Shown piece after piece: positions 1 to 8,821 of a stretch of 64,000 nt of DNA (positions are counted from its first letter, which is position 1; every line of letters begins with the position of its first letter). This DNA is from Minisyncoccota bacterium. Its GTDB lineage: Bacteria > Patescibacteriota > Minisyncoccia > Phycocordibacterales > JACRKE01. The notes under the pieces are model-generated. The model had not been told where the DNA came from and made no database searches. It saw nothing but the letters and a program-made list of their open reading frames with translations. The position numbers and the translations under genes were made by a program. The DNA is taken from contig JBAZWG010000001.1 in assembly GCA_041660505.1 (NCBI GenBank), forward strand, positions 179,979 through 243,978, read 5' to 3'.

Positions 1-87
1 AGTATAACCGTTCCCTTTTACTTCGTATCCGCAATGCTCGCAAATAAAGTCTTCTTTGTTTTTTATGAATGTCATAGCGTCATGATT

Positions 88-903
88 TTATTTGAGTTCT
101 ACTTTTTCTGCAAGAATTTTCTTACCGAAGAATCTACTGCCGAGTCTTGTGAATTTTTCAGTCAGATCGGTTGAGTAGAATTTACATCCTCCATCTCTAG
201 CCAGCTTGCTCTCAATTTCCGGATGCTGTGCAAAGTACTCTTTGAGTTTCTTTGGTATAATACTCGCCTCAGATATAATTTGCACTTTTCTGCCCATGAT
301 ATTTTTAATCTGCTTCTCTAATATACCATAATGCGTACAGCCGAGTATTAGCGTATCTATATTTTTCGTTTTAAGGGGATTGAGATATTTTTCCAGAATC
401 TGCTTTGTAAAAATTGCGCGATCCTCTCCGGACTCGACGATTGGCACCAGAAGCGGACAGGCCTGTTGAAAAACTTTTACTTCTTTATCAAGTTTAGTAA
501 GTTCGCGCACAAATGCGCCCGATTTAACAGTCCCCTCTGTGGCGATAACGCCTATTCTTTTATTTCTTGTTTGTTGCATCGCTTCTTCTGCTGCCGGGAT
601 GAGCACGCCCAGCACTCGTTTGCTCGGATACTTCTCTGGCAGATATTCTTGCTGTATCTTACGCAGAGCATCACTGGATGCCGTATTGCAGGCAAGAATA
701 ATAAGCTCGCAATTGTTTAATAAAAGAAAATCAACCGCTTGTCGCGTGAATTCATAAACAACATCCGTAGAACGGGTGCCATAAGGCGTCCGCGCCGTAT
801 CGCCGAGATATATATAATTATACTCGGGCAGAGCTTTAACAATCCCCCGTAATATATTGATCCCACCGAAGCCGGAATCAAACACGCCTATATTCTTTTT
901 CAT
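88..903 (-). CDS. murI: glutamate racemase
   Basis: ORF 88..1029 trimmed to the internal Met (MKKNIGVFDSGFGG...). Racemase motifs DSGxGG, ACNTAS and GCTHY are present. The longer N-terminal extension reads through tRNA genes, so the start is set at 903. Confidence 0.85.
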   Translation of the reverse strand: MKKNIGVFDSGFGGINILRGIVKALPEYNYIYLGDTARTPYGTRSTDVVYEFTRQAVDFLLLNNCELIILACNTASSDALRKIQQEYLPEKYPSKRVLGVLIPAAEEAMQQTRNKRIGVIATEGTVKSGAFVRELTKLDKEVKVFQQACPLLVPIVESGEDRAIFTKQILEKYLNPLKTKNIDTLILGCTHYGILEKQIKNIMGRKVQIISEASIIPKKLKEYFAQHPEIESKLARDGGCKFYSTDLTEKFTRLGSRFFGKKILAEKVELK

Positions 904-904
904 A

Positions 905-990
905 TGGTGCGAGCGGCGGGAATCGGACCCGCGCCCGATGCTTGTCGCCTCTCTGGCGACCCGCCGTTGAGGCGGGGGAAGCTCGACGGC
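905..990 (-). tRNA. tRNA-like 3' fragment, Leu(CAA)-like, possibly truncated or aberrant
   Basis: Minus-sense sequence ends ...GCGGGTCCGATTCCCGC-CGCTCGC-A-CCA (T-arm, acceptor 3' strand, discriminator, encoded CCA). A 5-bp anticodon-like stem CCCGC/GCGGG with loop CUCAACG (U33, CAA) and a GUCGCC-AGAGA-GGCGAC variable-arm-like hairpin are present. No complementary 5' acceptor strand (GCGAGCG) or D-arm could be found before tRNA-Gly begins at 998. Confidence 0.35.
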
Positions 991-997
991 TTCACTG

Positions 998-1068
998 TGC
1001 GGGCACCGGGAATCGAACCCGGGTCTCAACCTTGGGAAGGTCGCATTCTACCACTAAACCATGCCCGC
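998..1068 (-). tRNA. tRNA-Gly (anticodon CCC)
   Basis: Reverse complement GCGGGCA-UG-GUUUAGUGGUAGAAU-G-CGACC-UUCCCAA-GGUUG-AGAC-CCGGGUUCGAUUCCCGG-UGCCCGC-A folds as a canonical cloverleaf. The anticodon loop is UUCCCAA. CCA is not encoded. Confidence 0.9.
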
Positions 1069-1072
1069 ATAT

Positions 1073-1330
1073 TTATTTTTCAACACTAAACTTCAACCGA
1101 CTCTTTATTGCCTCTCTGCCAAAACCCGTCTTATAAAACTTCTCCGCGGCAAGTGCGTCGCGTTTGTCTAAATAAGCTTCATAATATACCAGTTTGAACG
1201 GCTTGTTAATTGAGGAGTATCGACCGCCAAACCCTGCGTTGTGTCTTTTGACTCTTTCTTTCAAATCACTGGTGCTGCCAATATATCTGCTATTGTTCTT
1301 CAGACTTTTTAGGAAATAGACGTAGTACAT
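1073..1330 (-). CDS. GIY-YIG nuclease family protein (UPF0213-like)
   Basis: Internal Met MYYVYFLKS...YIGSTSDLKERVKRH matches the GIY-YIG motifs. An 85-aa length is typical. The upstream in-frame extension is GC-rich and repeat-like. Confidence 0.75.
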   Translation of the reverse strand: MYYVYFLKSLKNNSRYIGSTSDLKERVKRHNAGFGGRYSSINKPFKLVYYEAYLDKRDALAAEKFYKTGFGREAIKSRLKFSVEK

Positions 1331-1391
1331 TATTTTGTTCTGCCACCCGCCTCTTCGGCGGGCCGCCGGGGAGGCGGCTAAACTACGCTCG

Positions 1392-1772
1392 CTAGAATCC
1401 AAAAAAACTCGTTACATTCTGCCAGAAAGAAGACTTTTGCTCAAGTTTTTCTGGCGTCGCTGTTGCCGCTGTTTTTACAATGACTACCGCCTCTTCGCCG
1501 GGCTTAACGACAGAAAACTTGCGGCGAAGTTCAAGGTCGACACCTTCGCTCGTGCTCAAACGTGCCACGTCGGCCGAGAGAGACTTCTCGCGTGCGAGAA
1601 TATCATTATACTCCTGTCGCGCCTGCGCCTCATTGGAGGCGGTGTAGCGCTCTTTACCATATAATTGGATATCAGACTTGAGAATAAGTAAGTTAAGCAC
1701 GACAAGCGCCCCGATTGTCACCTTAGAATATAGAATCCTTTTAATCTGTCGTTTGGCTTGAAAGTCCCGCAT
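1392..1772 (-). CDS. septum formation initiator (FtsB/DivIC-like) protein
   Basis: 126 aa with a single N-terminal TM helix (ILYSKVTIGALVVLNLLIL) followed by a heptad/coiled-coil region, the typical FtsB architecture. Confidence 0.5.
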   Translation of the reverse strand: MRDFQAKRQIKRILYSKVTIGALVVLNLLILKSDIQLYGKERYTASNEAQARQEYNDILAREKSLSADVARLSTSEGVDLELRRKFSVVKPGEEAVVIVKTAATATPEKLEQKSSFWQNVTSFFGF

Positions 1773-1999
1773 AAGAACAGTATACTATATATATGTTCCT
1801 AAAGACAAAACGACACAAAAAAATTTTCAGCGTATTCGTCGCGATAATCTGTATTCTTACCGTCTTCAGTATGGTCGCTTTGTATTCTCTCCCGTTTTTG
1901 CGCTAGGTGTGGTACAGAAAAGTCCTTGAGGAAATGGTCTGGCCGAGTGAAGCGAGGAGATCCGAGGACCTTTCCGAGAGGAGCTTTTCTGTACCACAT

Positions 2000-3847
2000 C
2001 TACTTCATCACCTTCAAGAAGACGTCGTGCGGGATGTTTACCACTCCCATCGCTTTCATCTTCTTCTTGCCTTTCTTCTGCTTTTCGCGGAGTTTCATTT
2101 TGCGCGTGATGTCGCCGCCGTACAGGTAGTCTGTGACATCCTTCTTCATACCCGACAAATGGCGTGACGACAAGATGCGCCCGCCGGCCTTGGCCTGGAT
2201 CTTGAAGTCGAACATCTGTCGTGGGATGACATTCTTAATCTTCTCAACAATCTCTTCGGCCTCCTTTTGCAGACGTGCCCGAGAGACAATACGTGAGAAC
2301 GCGGGCACAACTTCATCGGCAATAAGCACCTCAACCTTGATAACGTCAGCCTCGCGCATATCGGCGAAGGTATAAGCTATGGACGCATAACCGGAAGTGA
2401 CGCTTTTAATCTCGTCGAAGAAGTTGCGCATTAGCTCGCGCAAAGGTATCTGAATAGATAATGCCGTACGATGATCGCCGAATATTTCTGTATTCACAAC
2501 CGTCGCCTCATGTTCATGGAAGAGCTGGACGAGCGAGCCCATATATTCCGGCGGGGTTATAATCTGCGCATCCACCCAGCGCTCATACACCTTCTCAATC
2601 TGCGACTCTTCGGGGAAGGCCGTTGCGGAATAGACCTTTTCTCTTGTTCCGTTAGTTCGCTGGATTTCGTAACTAATAGTCGGTGAAGTGATTATGAGTT
2701 CCAGATTAAATTCACGTCTTAATCTTTCTGAAATAATTTCGAGATGCAACATGCCGAGAAATCCGCAACGAAATCCCCTGCCGACAGCCCCTGCCGCTTC
2801 TTCTTCGAAGGAGAGTGCGGAGTCTTGCAAGCGCAATCGCTCAAGCGCTTGGCGGAGCGTCATGAAGTCGTCTTGATTCTCCGGATAGACCGATGCCCAG
2901 ACTACAGGCCGCGGCTCGCTATAGCCCGGCAGGGGCGCAAGTGGTCGTGAGGCTGTGGTAATAGTATCGCCGACGCGCGCGGCGCCGGTCTTCTTGATGC
3001 CGGTCACCAAATATCCGATCTCACCGGGCGATAGCATTTCGCACGGTTTCTTTTGCGGAGAAAAGATCCCGAGCTCCAGCACGGTAAATTGGTCTTTACC
3101 GGCAATGAATGCAAGCGCGTCCTTTTTGTGGATCATGCCGTCTATGACACGAACGTACACTATGAGTCCGGCATGAATATCGTATTCGAAGTCGAAGACT
3201 AGCGAACGGCTGGAATTGAGCGGGAAAGGTCTCTCCTCAGCTTCAGGCAGAGGTGGGTCCTTGCCCACGTCCGACTGCGGAGCAGGAACACGCTCAATAA
3301 CCGCGTCCAAAATTTCTAAAACGCCGGCGCCGGTCTTGCCAGAAGCGGCCAAAATATCTTTCTCTTCGCAATGCAAAAGTTCGATAATCTCCGCCTTTAC
3401 TTCCTCAACTTGCGCAACAGCAAGATCTATCTTGTTAATAACAGGAATTATCTTTACCCCCAATGCCTGCGCGGTGCGAAGTGTCGTTAAGGTCTGGGCC
3501 TGCACACCTTGCGTCGCATCTACAAGGAGTATCGCGCCTTCAACGGCCTGCAGTGCTCGCGAAACCTCGTAAGAGAAGTCGATATGCCCGGGCGTGTCAA
3601 TGAGGTTGAGTTCATAGGAGTTAGAAGTTGGGAGATCTCCTAACTTCTGTTTGTACTGCATCCGCACCGGTTGCATCTTGATGGTAATCCCCCGTTCCCT
3701 TTCCAGATCCATCATATCGAGTACCTGCTCTTTCATCTTGCGCTTCTCGATGGTCCCTGTGAGCTCCAACATGCGGTCCGCCAAGGTTGACTTACCGTGG
3801 TCAATGTGAGCGATTATTGAGAAGTTGCGTATATGCGCAGTATCCAT
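2000..3847 (-). CDS. lepA: elongation factor 4 (LepA)
   Basis: 615 aa. N-terminal GTPase motifs AHIDHGKST, DTPGH and NKID are present, and the C-terminal LepA-specific domain spans the full length. Confidence 0.95.
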   Translation of the reverse strand: MDTAHIRNFSIIAHIDHGKSTLADRMLELTGTIEKRKMKEQVLDMMDLERERGITIKMQPVRMQYKQKLGDLPTSNSYELNLIDTPGHIDFSYEVSRALQAVEGAILLVDATQGVQAQTLTTLRTAQALGVKIIPVINKIDLAVAQVEEVKAEIIELLHCEEKDILAASGKTGAGVLEILDAVIERVPAPQSDVGKDPPLPEAEERPFPLNSSRSLVFDFEYDIHAGLIVYVRVIDGMIHKKDALAFIAGKDQFTVLELGIFSPQKKPCEMLSPGEIGYLVTGIKKTGAARVGDTITTASRPLAPLPGYSEPRPVVWASVYPENQDDFMTLRQALERLRLQDSALSFEEEAAGAVGRGFRCGFLGMLHLEIISERLRREFNLELIITSPTISYEIQRTNGTREKVYSATAFPEESQIEKVYERWVDAQIITPPEYMGSLVQLFHEHEATVVNTEIFGDHRTALSIQIPLRELMRNFFDEIKSVTSGYASIAYTFADMREADVIKVEVLIADEVVPAFSRIVSRARLQKEAEEIVEKIKNVIPRQMFDFKIQAKAGGRILSSRHLSGMKKDVTDYLYGGDITRKMKLREKQKKGKKKMKAMGVVNIPHDVFLKVMK

Positions 3848-3886
3848 CGCACCAGAATACTCTAAATAAGGCCAAAATACAATTTC

Positions 3887-3905
3887 TAGAAGGCCTCGCC
3901 TTCTA
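3887..3905. repeat. 19-nt hairpin TAGAAGGC-CTC-GCCTTCTA (REP-like), copy 1
   Basis: Perfect 8-bp stem with a 3-nt loop. Identical copies occur at 4560-4578 and 5693-5711. This copy overlaps the stop codon of the Y1 transposase. Confidence 0.8.
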
Positions 3906-4529
3906 TTTATGGTCTATGGTTATGTGGTTTATCGCCGAAAAGTCGTGCTGGCCTGTGATCCACCTGCGATAATCTTTTGGAAGTTCAGTAAAATCATTAA
4001 GAGCTTCTGCCGTAAGGATTTTATCGTACTTTTTCTGATTGCAAAAATCGTGATAGCTTGACCATCGGTACTCGCTCAAATGTTCAATCTCTCGAGGGTT
4101 TAGGTGAATATAGTCGATTACTCCGAGCAAGTATTCTTCGTCGTCAACTAACTTACTTTTAAACGGTCCTTGGAAAAGCGCTCCGCTCCTATCATTCTTT
4201 TCATTAAAGTACATTGTATACGCCGTACCCAACCTTTGCATAAATCTGCTGATTCCCCCTTCTCGACATTCATGCAGAAGCAAATGGAAATGATTGGGCA
4301 TCAAACAGAATGCGACAACGTCTGCAAGTCGCTCCTTTTTCTCATCTTCTTCTGCCCTTTGAGAAAGGACTTCGAATGTATTGGGACTTTGAACTTCTGT
4401 GTCGTTTAAAACTTGGAGATACAAGAGAAATCTTTTGTAGTCTTTATCCTCCTCAAAAATAACACGCTTATCAACGCCGCGATTGTATACATGATGAAAT
4501 GAATCCTCTTCAATTGGTGCGCGATCCAT
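3903..4529 (-). CDS. IS200/IS605-family Y1 HUH transposase, REP-associated (RAYT/COG1943-like)
   Basis: Motifs HVYNRGVDKRVIF, HUH-like MPNHFHLLL, FNEKNDRSGALFQGPF and C-terminal YIHLNP...EYRWSSY match the COG1943/RAYT family as recalled. The gene is flanked by identical hairpins. Confidence 0.75.
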   Translation of the reverse strand: MDRAPIEEDSFHHVYNRGVDKRVIFEEDKDYKRFLLYLQVLNDTEVQSPNTFEVLSQRAEEDEKKERLADVVAFCLMPNHFHLLLHECREGGISRFMQRLGTAYTMYFNEKNDRSGALFQGPFKSKLVDDEEYLLGVIDYIHLNPREIEHLSEYRWSSYHDFCNQKKYDKILTAEALNDFTELPKDYRRWITGQHDFSAINHITIDHK

Positions 4530-4559
4530 ATCGCAATTATCTCACAGTTTCCCATTTTT

Positions 4560-4578
4560 TAGAAGGCCTCGCCTTCTA
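4560..4578. repeat. REP-like hairpin copy 2
   Basis: TAGAAGGCCTCGCCTTCTA, identical to copy 1. Confidence 0.8.
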
Positions 4579-4689
4579 TGAATTGATCGCTCATTGGTTC
4601 AATATGCCCTTTATTGTCTTGACATATATAGTCTTATATGCTACAATATACGGAGTAGTGTCTCAAGCCTGTTTGGGCTATCAGGGCTG

Positions 4690-4780
4690 AGAATCAATAA
4701 TTACTGTCCTTTGCCCCTTCCTTTGGGAAGTAAGCGGACAGTCCCTCCTTGACCGATTAATCACCGACAAGGAGGACAGT
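4690..4780 (+). promoter_or_regulatory. structured 5' leader with anti-SD/SD pairing
   Basis: GGACAGUCCCUCCUUG ... CAAGGAGGACAGU, where CCUCCUU is complementary to the SD AAGGAGG placed 6 nt before the ATG at 4781. Additional hairpins CUUCCUUUGGGAAG and ACUGUCC/GGACAGU are present. Confidence 0.4.
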
Positions 4781-5032
4781 ATGTTTCAGAAGTGCAGGCT
4801 CTGTAAAAAGGTATATTGGACCGAGTTCCAGTTCGGCGAGCTTGACTTCGAGGGTCGAGAGTTTAACAGGTGTTACGACTGCTTGCTGCAGTTAAGCAAC
4901 AATCCTGATTGGGCTCATCAGATGTCACTCGAATCAACTCCTCCGGCTGAATTCCTTCCATGCGGTCGCTGTGGCCAACTTGACGACTGGTGCCAGTGCG
5001 ACTATACCGACGACACTGAAGCAGACAGCTAA
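4781..5032 (+). CDS. small Cys-rich protein (putative zinc-ribbon), hypothetical
   Basis: 83 aa with CxxC...CxxC and CGRC...CQC motifs. A strong SD AAGGAGG precedes the ATG and an intrinsic terminator follows. Confidence 0.5.
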   Translation: MFQKCRLCKKVYWTEFQFGELDFEGREFNRCYDCLLQLSNNPDWAHQMSLESTPPAEFLPCGRCGQLDDWCQCDYTDDTEADS

Positions 5033-5050
5033 TCTGCTCGTACAGGAACC

Positions 5051-5099
5051 CCTTTGGTTAAAACCAATGCGTCAAGGGTTCCTTTTTATTTGTCCGGAT
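5051..5099 (+). terminator. rho-independent terminator
   Basis: AGGAACCCUUUGG...CAAGGGUUCCU hairpin followed by UUUUUAUUU. Confidence 0.6.
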
Positions 5100-5158
5100 A
5101 ACAGACTAATCGCACATTCCCCTTTTTAAAAGGTTTAACCTTCTTTCTATGGTCGCTT

Positions 5159-5656
5159 TTATCTATTGATAATAGTGACTATTTCGCTCGCTGTTTCTTC
5201 CGGAGTTTGATCCGTGCTGTCGATTTTATGATTGTTGGGGAAATGAGATTCAGTTCTATACTTCTCGTTATTCTCGATGGCTGTTTTGTAATCTCTAAAG
5301 CCACTATCTCTGGTTTCTGTTAAAACTCTTTGCTTGAGAATTTCATCATCTCTCAGATAGAGAGTAAAAACTATGGTTTTATACCTTTTCAGTTGCTCTA
5401 AAAGTTTTTCCGATACTCCCCCGCCTATAATTACATTATAGTAGTCGTGTTTTGCATAGTTTTTTAACAAGAGAACTAGATTTTCAACAGTCAACTCTTC
5501 TTCTGCCTCAGAAACATTGGTCCAATCACGATTTAAGTGAAATCCTCGTATCCAATCAAAATCAATATTAACCGAGTTAAGTTTTTCTTTCAGTAGTCTG
5601 GTGAGTGTAGTTTTTCCTGTGCCCTGGGCACCACGAATGAAGATAAAGTTGTACAT
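5159..5656 (-). CDS. P-loop NTPase / kinase-like protein (AAA_33-like)
   Basis: Walker A FIRGAQGTGKTT sits at the N-terminus. The 165-aa size and fold are like small nucleotide/antibiotic kinases. Function is not assignable. Confidence 0.55.
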   Translation of the reverse strand: MYNFIFIRGAQGTGKTTLTRLLKEKLNSVNIDFDWIRGFHLNRDWTNVSEAEEELTVENLVLLLKNYAKHDYYNVIIGGGVSEKLLEQLKRYKTIVFTLYLRDDEILKQRVLTETRDSGFRDYKTAIENNEKYRTESHFPNNHKIDSTDQTPEETASEIVTIINR

Positions 5657-5692
5657 ACTATTTCAGATGACGAGTGTCAGTCGGTGCCACTT

Positions 5693-5711
5693 CTAGAAGG
5701 CCTCGCCTTCT
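5693..5711. repeat. REP-like hairpin copy 3
   Basis: TAGAAGGCCTCGCCTTCTA, identical to copy 1. Confidence 0.8.
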
Positions 5712-5713
5712 AA

Positions 5714-8281
5714 TTATTGTGCGACGGGGGGAGATTTGCGTTTTTCTGGCGCTGGGGCTGGGGCGTTCGTTAGCGCATCACGACCGGCTTCGAGGTTGCC
5801 GAGAATGCGCTTCACGTCGGCATTGTCCGGGTTGGACTCTGCGATCTCCTTGAACTGCTGAATAGCGTCATTGGTCTTGCCGGTCTTGGCCAAGCTTAGG
5901 CCCAAGAAATACTTAGCATTTGAATAGCTCGGGTTAATCTGGACAGCGGCACCGAGCACGCTTATGGCACCGGCATAATCATGCTTCATGTACTTCAAGA
6001 ATCCGAGCTGGAATAGTGCGCCGATATCCTGCGGAGCAAGCTCTGCGGCTTGTTGCGCATTCTTAATAGCGGCATCGAGATTCCCGGCATCAGCCTCTAT
6101 CTGTGAGAGCAAGAAGATGGCGGCGGCGTAGTTACTCTTCTCTGCCAGCGCCTTACTGATCATCTCGCGCGCCTTGGTTTTGTCGCCCTTCGCCACTTCG
6201 AGTCTGGCCATCGTCAAGTAGATCTGGGGATTGTGAGGATTAAGCGCAAGCGCGGCTTTATATTCTGCCACTGCGCGATCATAAGCGGCCGGTAGTATAG
6301 GTACCAATGATTCGTACACGCGGCCGAACGAAAGATGATTCTGGTAATTGGCGCCGTCGGCCTTCACTGCGTTAGAACCGCTCTCAATTGCCTTTGCGAG
6401 CACAGCTTGGAACTGTTTTTGCAATTCTTCTTTCGGAACGTCGGATGTGTTCATGAGCTTGCTCATCTCCAGGACATGCAGATCGGTAAGTGAACGATAG
6501 AAGACATCGGAACCATCAAGGCTGACTGCTGTTTCTAAGTATTTAGACGTTGCCACCAAGTCGCCGCTCGTGTTGCTGACAATAAGAGCGGATTGGAAAT
6601 TGGCGAGCGCTATGTATTTCTTGACCGAGAAGAATAGGAATGATACCGAGACAAGCATCAGTACAACAATGCTTAATACTCCGACGAAGCTGAAGCGCGG
6701 GCTGTTGAAGAAAGACAGTGTGAATTCACCGCTGAATTTAGTAGTGACCAGACTGCTCACAAATATACCTGTAGCGGCGAAGGCTAGCGCGAGGACTACC
6801 GTGTCAGGCACATAGACCACCGCCATTATCCACAGGAAAAGTGACGATAAGAATGATACCGAGAGCACGCCGTGCGTCAGATGATCGCCGGAAAGTTTAA
6901 AGAGTGCCTTGATACCGAAGTAAAGGTAGGACACCAAGAGGAAGAGCCAGGCAATCAATCCGAGGATTCCTGTCGTAGCGACGAAGGTCGGTATATATCC
7001 GACGCCGGCGTTGAAGTCGGTGCTCCAGAATACCGTATCGTTAACACCAGCCGGCTTATAAGTAAGCCAGTCATTAGAGAAGGTATTCGGACCGCTACCC
7101 GTCAAGGCGTGTTTGCTTAAGACCTTACCGACAACCTCAAATGTCGAGCCCCAAGCCGGACGAACCTCGAGCGAACTTATCTGATTGGCACCGAGATAAC
7201 TACCTATCTGTGTATACAAGAAGAAGCAAAGTATCGAGATTAGCAACACATAAAGGGCCGGTGATGAAATAATCCCCAGCTTCTTGGAATAATAAAGAAC
7301 CGCGAAGCCCAGAACAACGATTATCAGCGTGACGAGGTAGGGCGAGTAGTTATGGGCAATAAGCCACGGCATGCCGAAGGCACTAAAAAGCAAGAATACG
7401 ATGAAACTTATAAGCACGGCCGGAGCCGGCTTGGCACCAAACATCTTCTGCATAGAAAGCCGATAGACAAGAAGAACTAGCGCAATAACGCCGAGCACTG
7501 CCCAAGCAACGTTGAAGTTTACGAGAAACATAAGAAGCAGTCCGACCGCCCCTCCTATATATAGGAGTCTGGGAGCATGAGACTCGATGAGTTCCAAAAG
7601 AGACATGCACACAACAACGCCTAGAGCGAAAAATGTGCCGAGGTTGTTCCACTTGCCGAGCAAGTTGTCGGTAACATTCGGCAAAAGGCCGAAGACGGTC
7701 GTCCCATGCCCGAACATCGGAACAACTCCCTGAAATGTCGGAAAAAGTCTTAGGAGTTCGAGAACCGCCAAAATCATAAAGGAGAGCATGAATACTTTCA
7801 CTGCTGTCGCCAAACGTTTCCTTGATTGGAAATAGATTGCGGAAAGAAGTAGCAAGGCAACGAAGACGAACAATGCGGCAACAGTGTTGGTCTCTGTCCC
7901 TATCCCCCAGAATGTAACATTGAACATGCCGGAGGCTATCGATGATATGAGCGCGGTCAATGCAACAAGCCCGCCACCAAGCAGTATTGGGCTCTTTGGC
8001 ACCGAAAGGATACCGTCCTCTAGGCGCGCGCCGAGCCAAAAAAGAAACGCCAAGCTGACACCGATAACAAGCGTTGCCTTCTTGGCGAGATCAAGCGGGA
8101 CAGAAGCAAAAGGAAGAATTATGAAAGGCAGGAGGAAAATAACGGCAATGAGCAACCAACCGGCAATATTATCAAAAAGCGGAGCGTAACTGGGGCGCTT
8201 TTTCTTCGCCGAGCTTTCGTTACCACCAAGTTCGTCATTAAGGGAGGAGAGCATCTCTTTAGCCAAGAGTTCGTCATTCAT
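5714..8281 (-). CDS. O-antigen ligase (Wzy_C)-like polytopic membrane protein with C-terminal TPR repeats
   Basis: 855 aa with more than 10 predicted TM helices. The C-terminal third carries repeated TPR-like units (AxxYxxALxLNP...). Confidence 0.7.
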   Translation of the reverse strand: MNDELLAKEMLSSLNDELGGNESSAKKKRPSYAPLFDNIAGWLLIAVIFLLPFIILPFASVPLDLAKKATLVIGVSLAFLFWLGARLEDGILSVPKSPILLGGGLVALTALISSIASGMFNVTFWGIGTETNTVAALFVFVALLLLSAIYFQSRKRLATAVKVFMLSFMILAVLELLRLFPTFQGVVPMFGHGTTVFGLLPNVTDNLLGKWNNLGTFFALGVVVCMSLLELIESHAPRLLYIGGAVGLLLMFLVNFNVAWAVLGVIALVLLVYRLSMQKMFGAKPAPAVLISFIVFLLFSAFGMPWLIAHNYSPYLVTLIIVVLGFAVLYYSKKLGIISSPALYVLLISILCFFLYTQIGSYLGANQISSLEVRPAWGSTFEVVGKVLSKHALTGSGPNTFSNDWLTYKPAGVNDTVFWSTDFNAGVGYIPTFVATTGILGLIAWLFLLVSYLYFGIKALFKLSGDHLTHGVLSVSFLSSLFLWIMAVVYVPDTVVLALAFAATGIFVSSLVTTKFSGEFTLSFFNSPRFSFVGVLSIVVLMLVSVSFLFFSVKKYIALANFQSALIVSNTSGDLVATSKYLETAVSLDGSDVFYRSLTDLHVLEMSKLMNTSDVPKEELQKQFQAVLAKAIESGSNAVKADGANYQNHLSFGRVYESLVPILPAAYDRAVAEYKAALALNPHNPQIYLTMARLEVAKGDKTKAREMISKALAEKSNYAAAIFLLSQIEADAGNLDAAIKNAQQAAELAPQDIGALFQLGFLKYMKHDYAGAISVLGAAVQINPSYSNAKYFLGLSLAKTGKTNDAIQQFKEIAESNPDNADVKRILGNLEAGRDALTNAPAPAPEKRKSPPVAQ

Positions 8282-8409
8282 AAAACAGTTTTTAGTTATT
8301 AGTTTTCCCGCCTGCCATCGTCTGGAGCTCAGGCTTTTGGCGGGCAGGTAGTTTGTAGAAATACAGTATACGTCAGTTACTTACAAAAATACAATAAACT
8401 TTGTGGAAA

Positions 8410-8785
8410 ACAAAAGACCCCTTGCGGGGCCCCTTGGCATGCGATAAGCCGAATTCTGTTTGGATATTCATTTATCTAGGCTCTATATTACTATAGGGCT
8501 CAAGCGGCACTCTGGCCGGAACTTTAACTCCGATGTTAAGGTCTCTCCTCCTCATGGGAGGTGAGACCTTTAGCTGTCAACATCGGATGTTAAAGTTCCG
8601 GCCAGCACGGCCTTGCACTCACGTAGGAATTTTGCCGTTTCAGCCGGACTTAACCGGGTCGTTTCTGTTCTCATCCCTATGATTACTCACGACGGGCGTT
8701 ACCCGCTACGCGTACCCACTAAAGGGTTAAGTGTTCGGACTTTCCTCATCCCGCCGAGGCGGGACGCGAATATCTCGCATACTTG
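8410..8785 (-). ncRNA. rnpB: RNase P RNA, bacterial type A
   Basis: Minus strand contains the P4 5' strand GAGGAAAGUCCGAACAC. It also carries GGUAACGCC, ACAGAAAC, and a 3' region CCUAGAUAAAUGAAUAUCCAAACAGAAUUCGGCUUAUCGC, which matches E. coli M1 CCUAGAUGAAUGACUGUCCACGACAGAACCCGGCUUAUCGG as recalled. P1 pairing is UAUGCGA/UCGCAUG. A terminator CCCCGCAAGGGG + UUUUGUUUU follows. Confidence 0.85.
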
Positions 8786-8821
8786 ACGCAGTATACTATA
8801 GATTGTGAGGTAATACCAGCC

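Larger units (their letters stand above)
3887..4578 (-). mobile_element. minimal IS200-like / REP-RAYT unit (transposase flanked by hairpin ends)
   Basis: A Y1 transposase gene is bounded on both sides by the same 19-nt hairpin, as for IS200/IS605 subterminal palindromes. A third hairpin lies 1.1 kb further at 5693-5711. Confidence 0.55.

Noticed and set aside
904-1136. Plus-strand ORFs 904..1089 and 942..1136
   Set aside because: They translate straight through two minus-strand tRNA genes (GC-rich, no stops) and are not coding.
7383-8039. 218-aa minus-strand ORF inside the O-antigen-ligase gene
   Set aside because: An Arg/Cys-rich alternative frame of the membrane protein gene. The long hydrophobic frame is the credible one.
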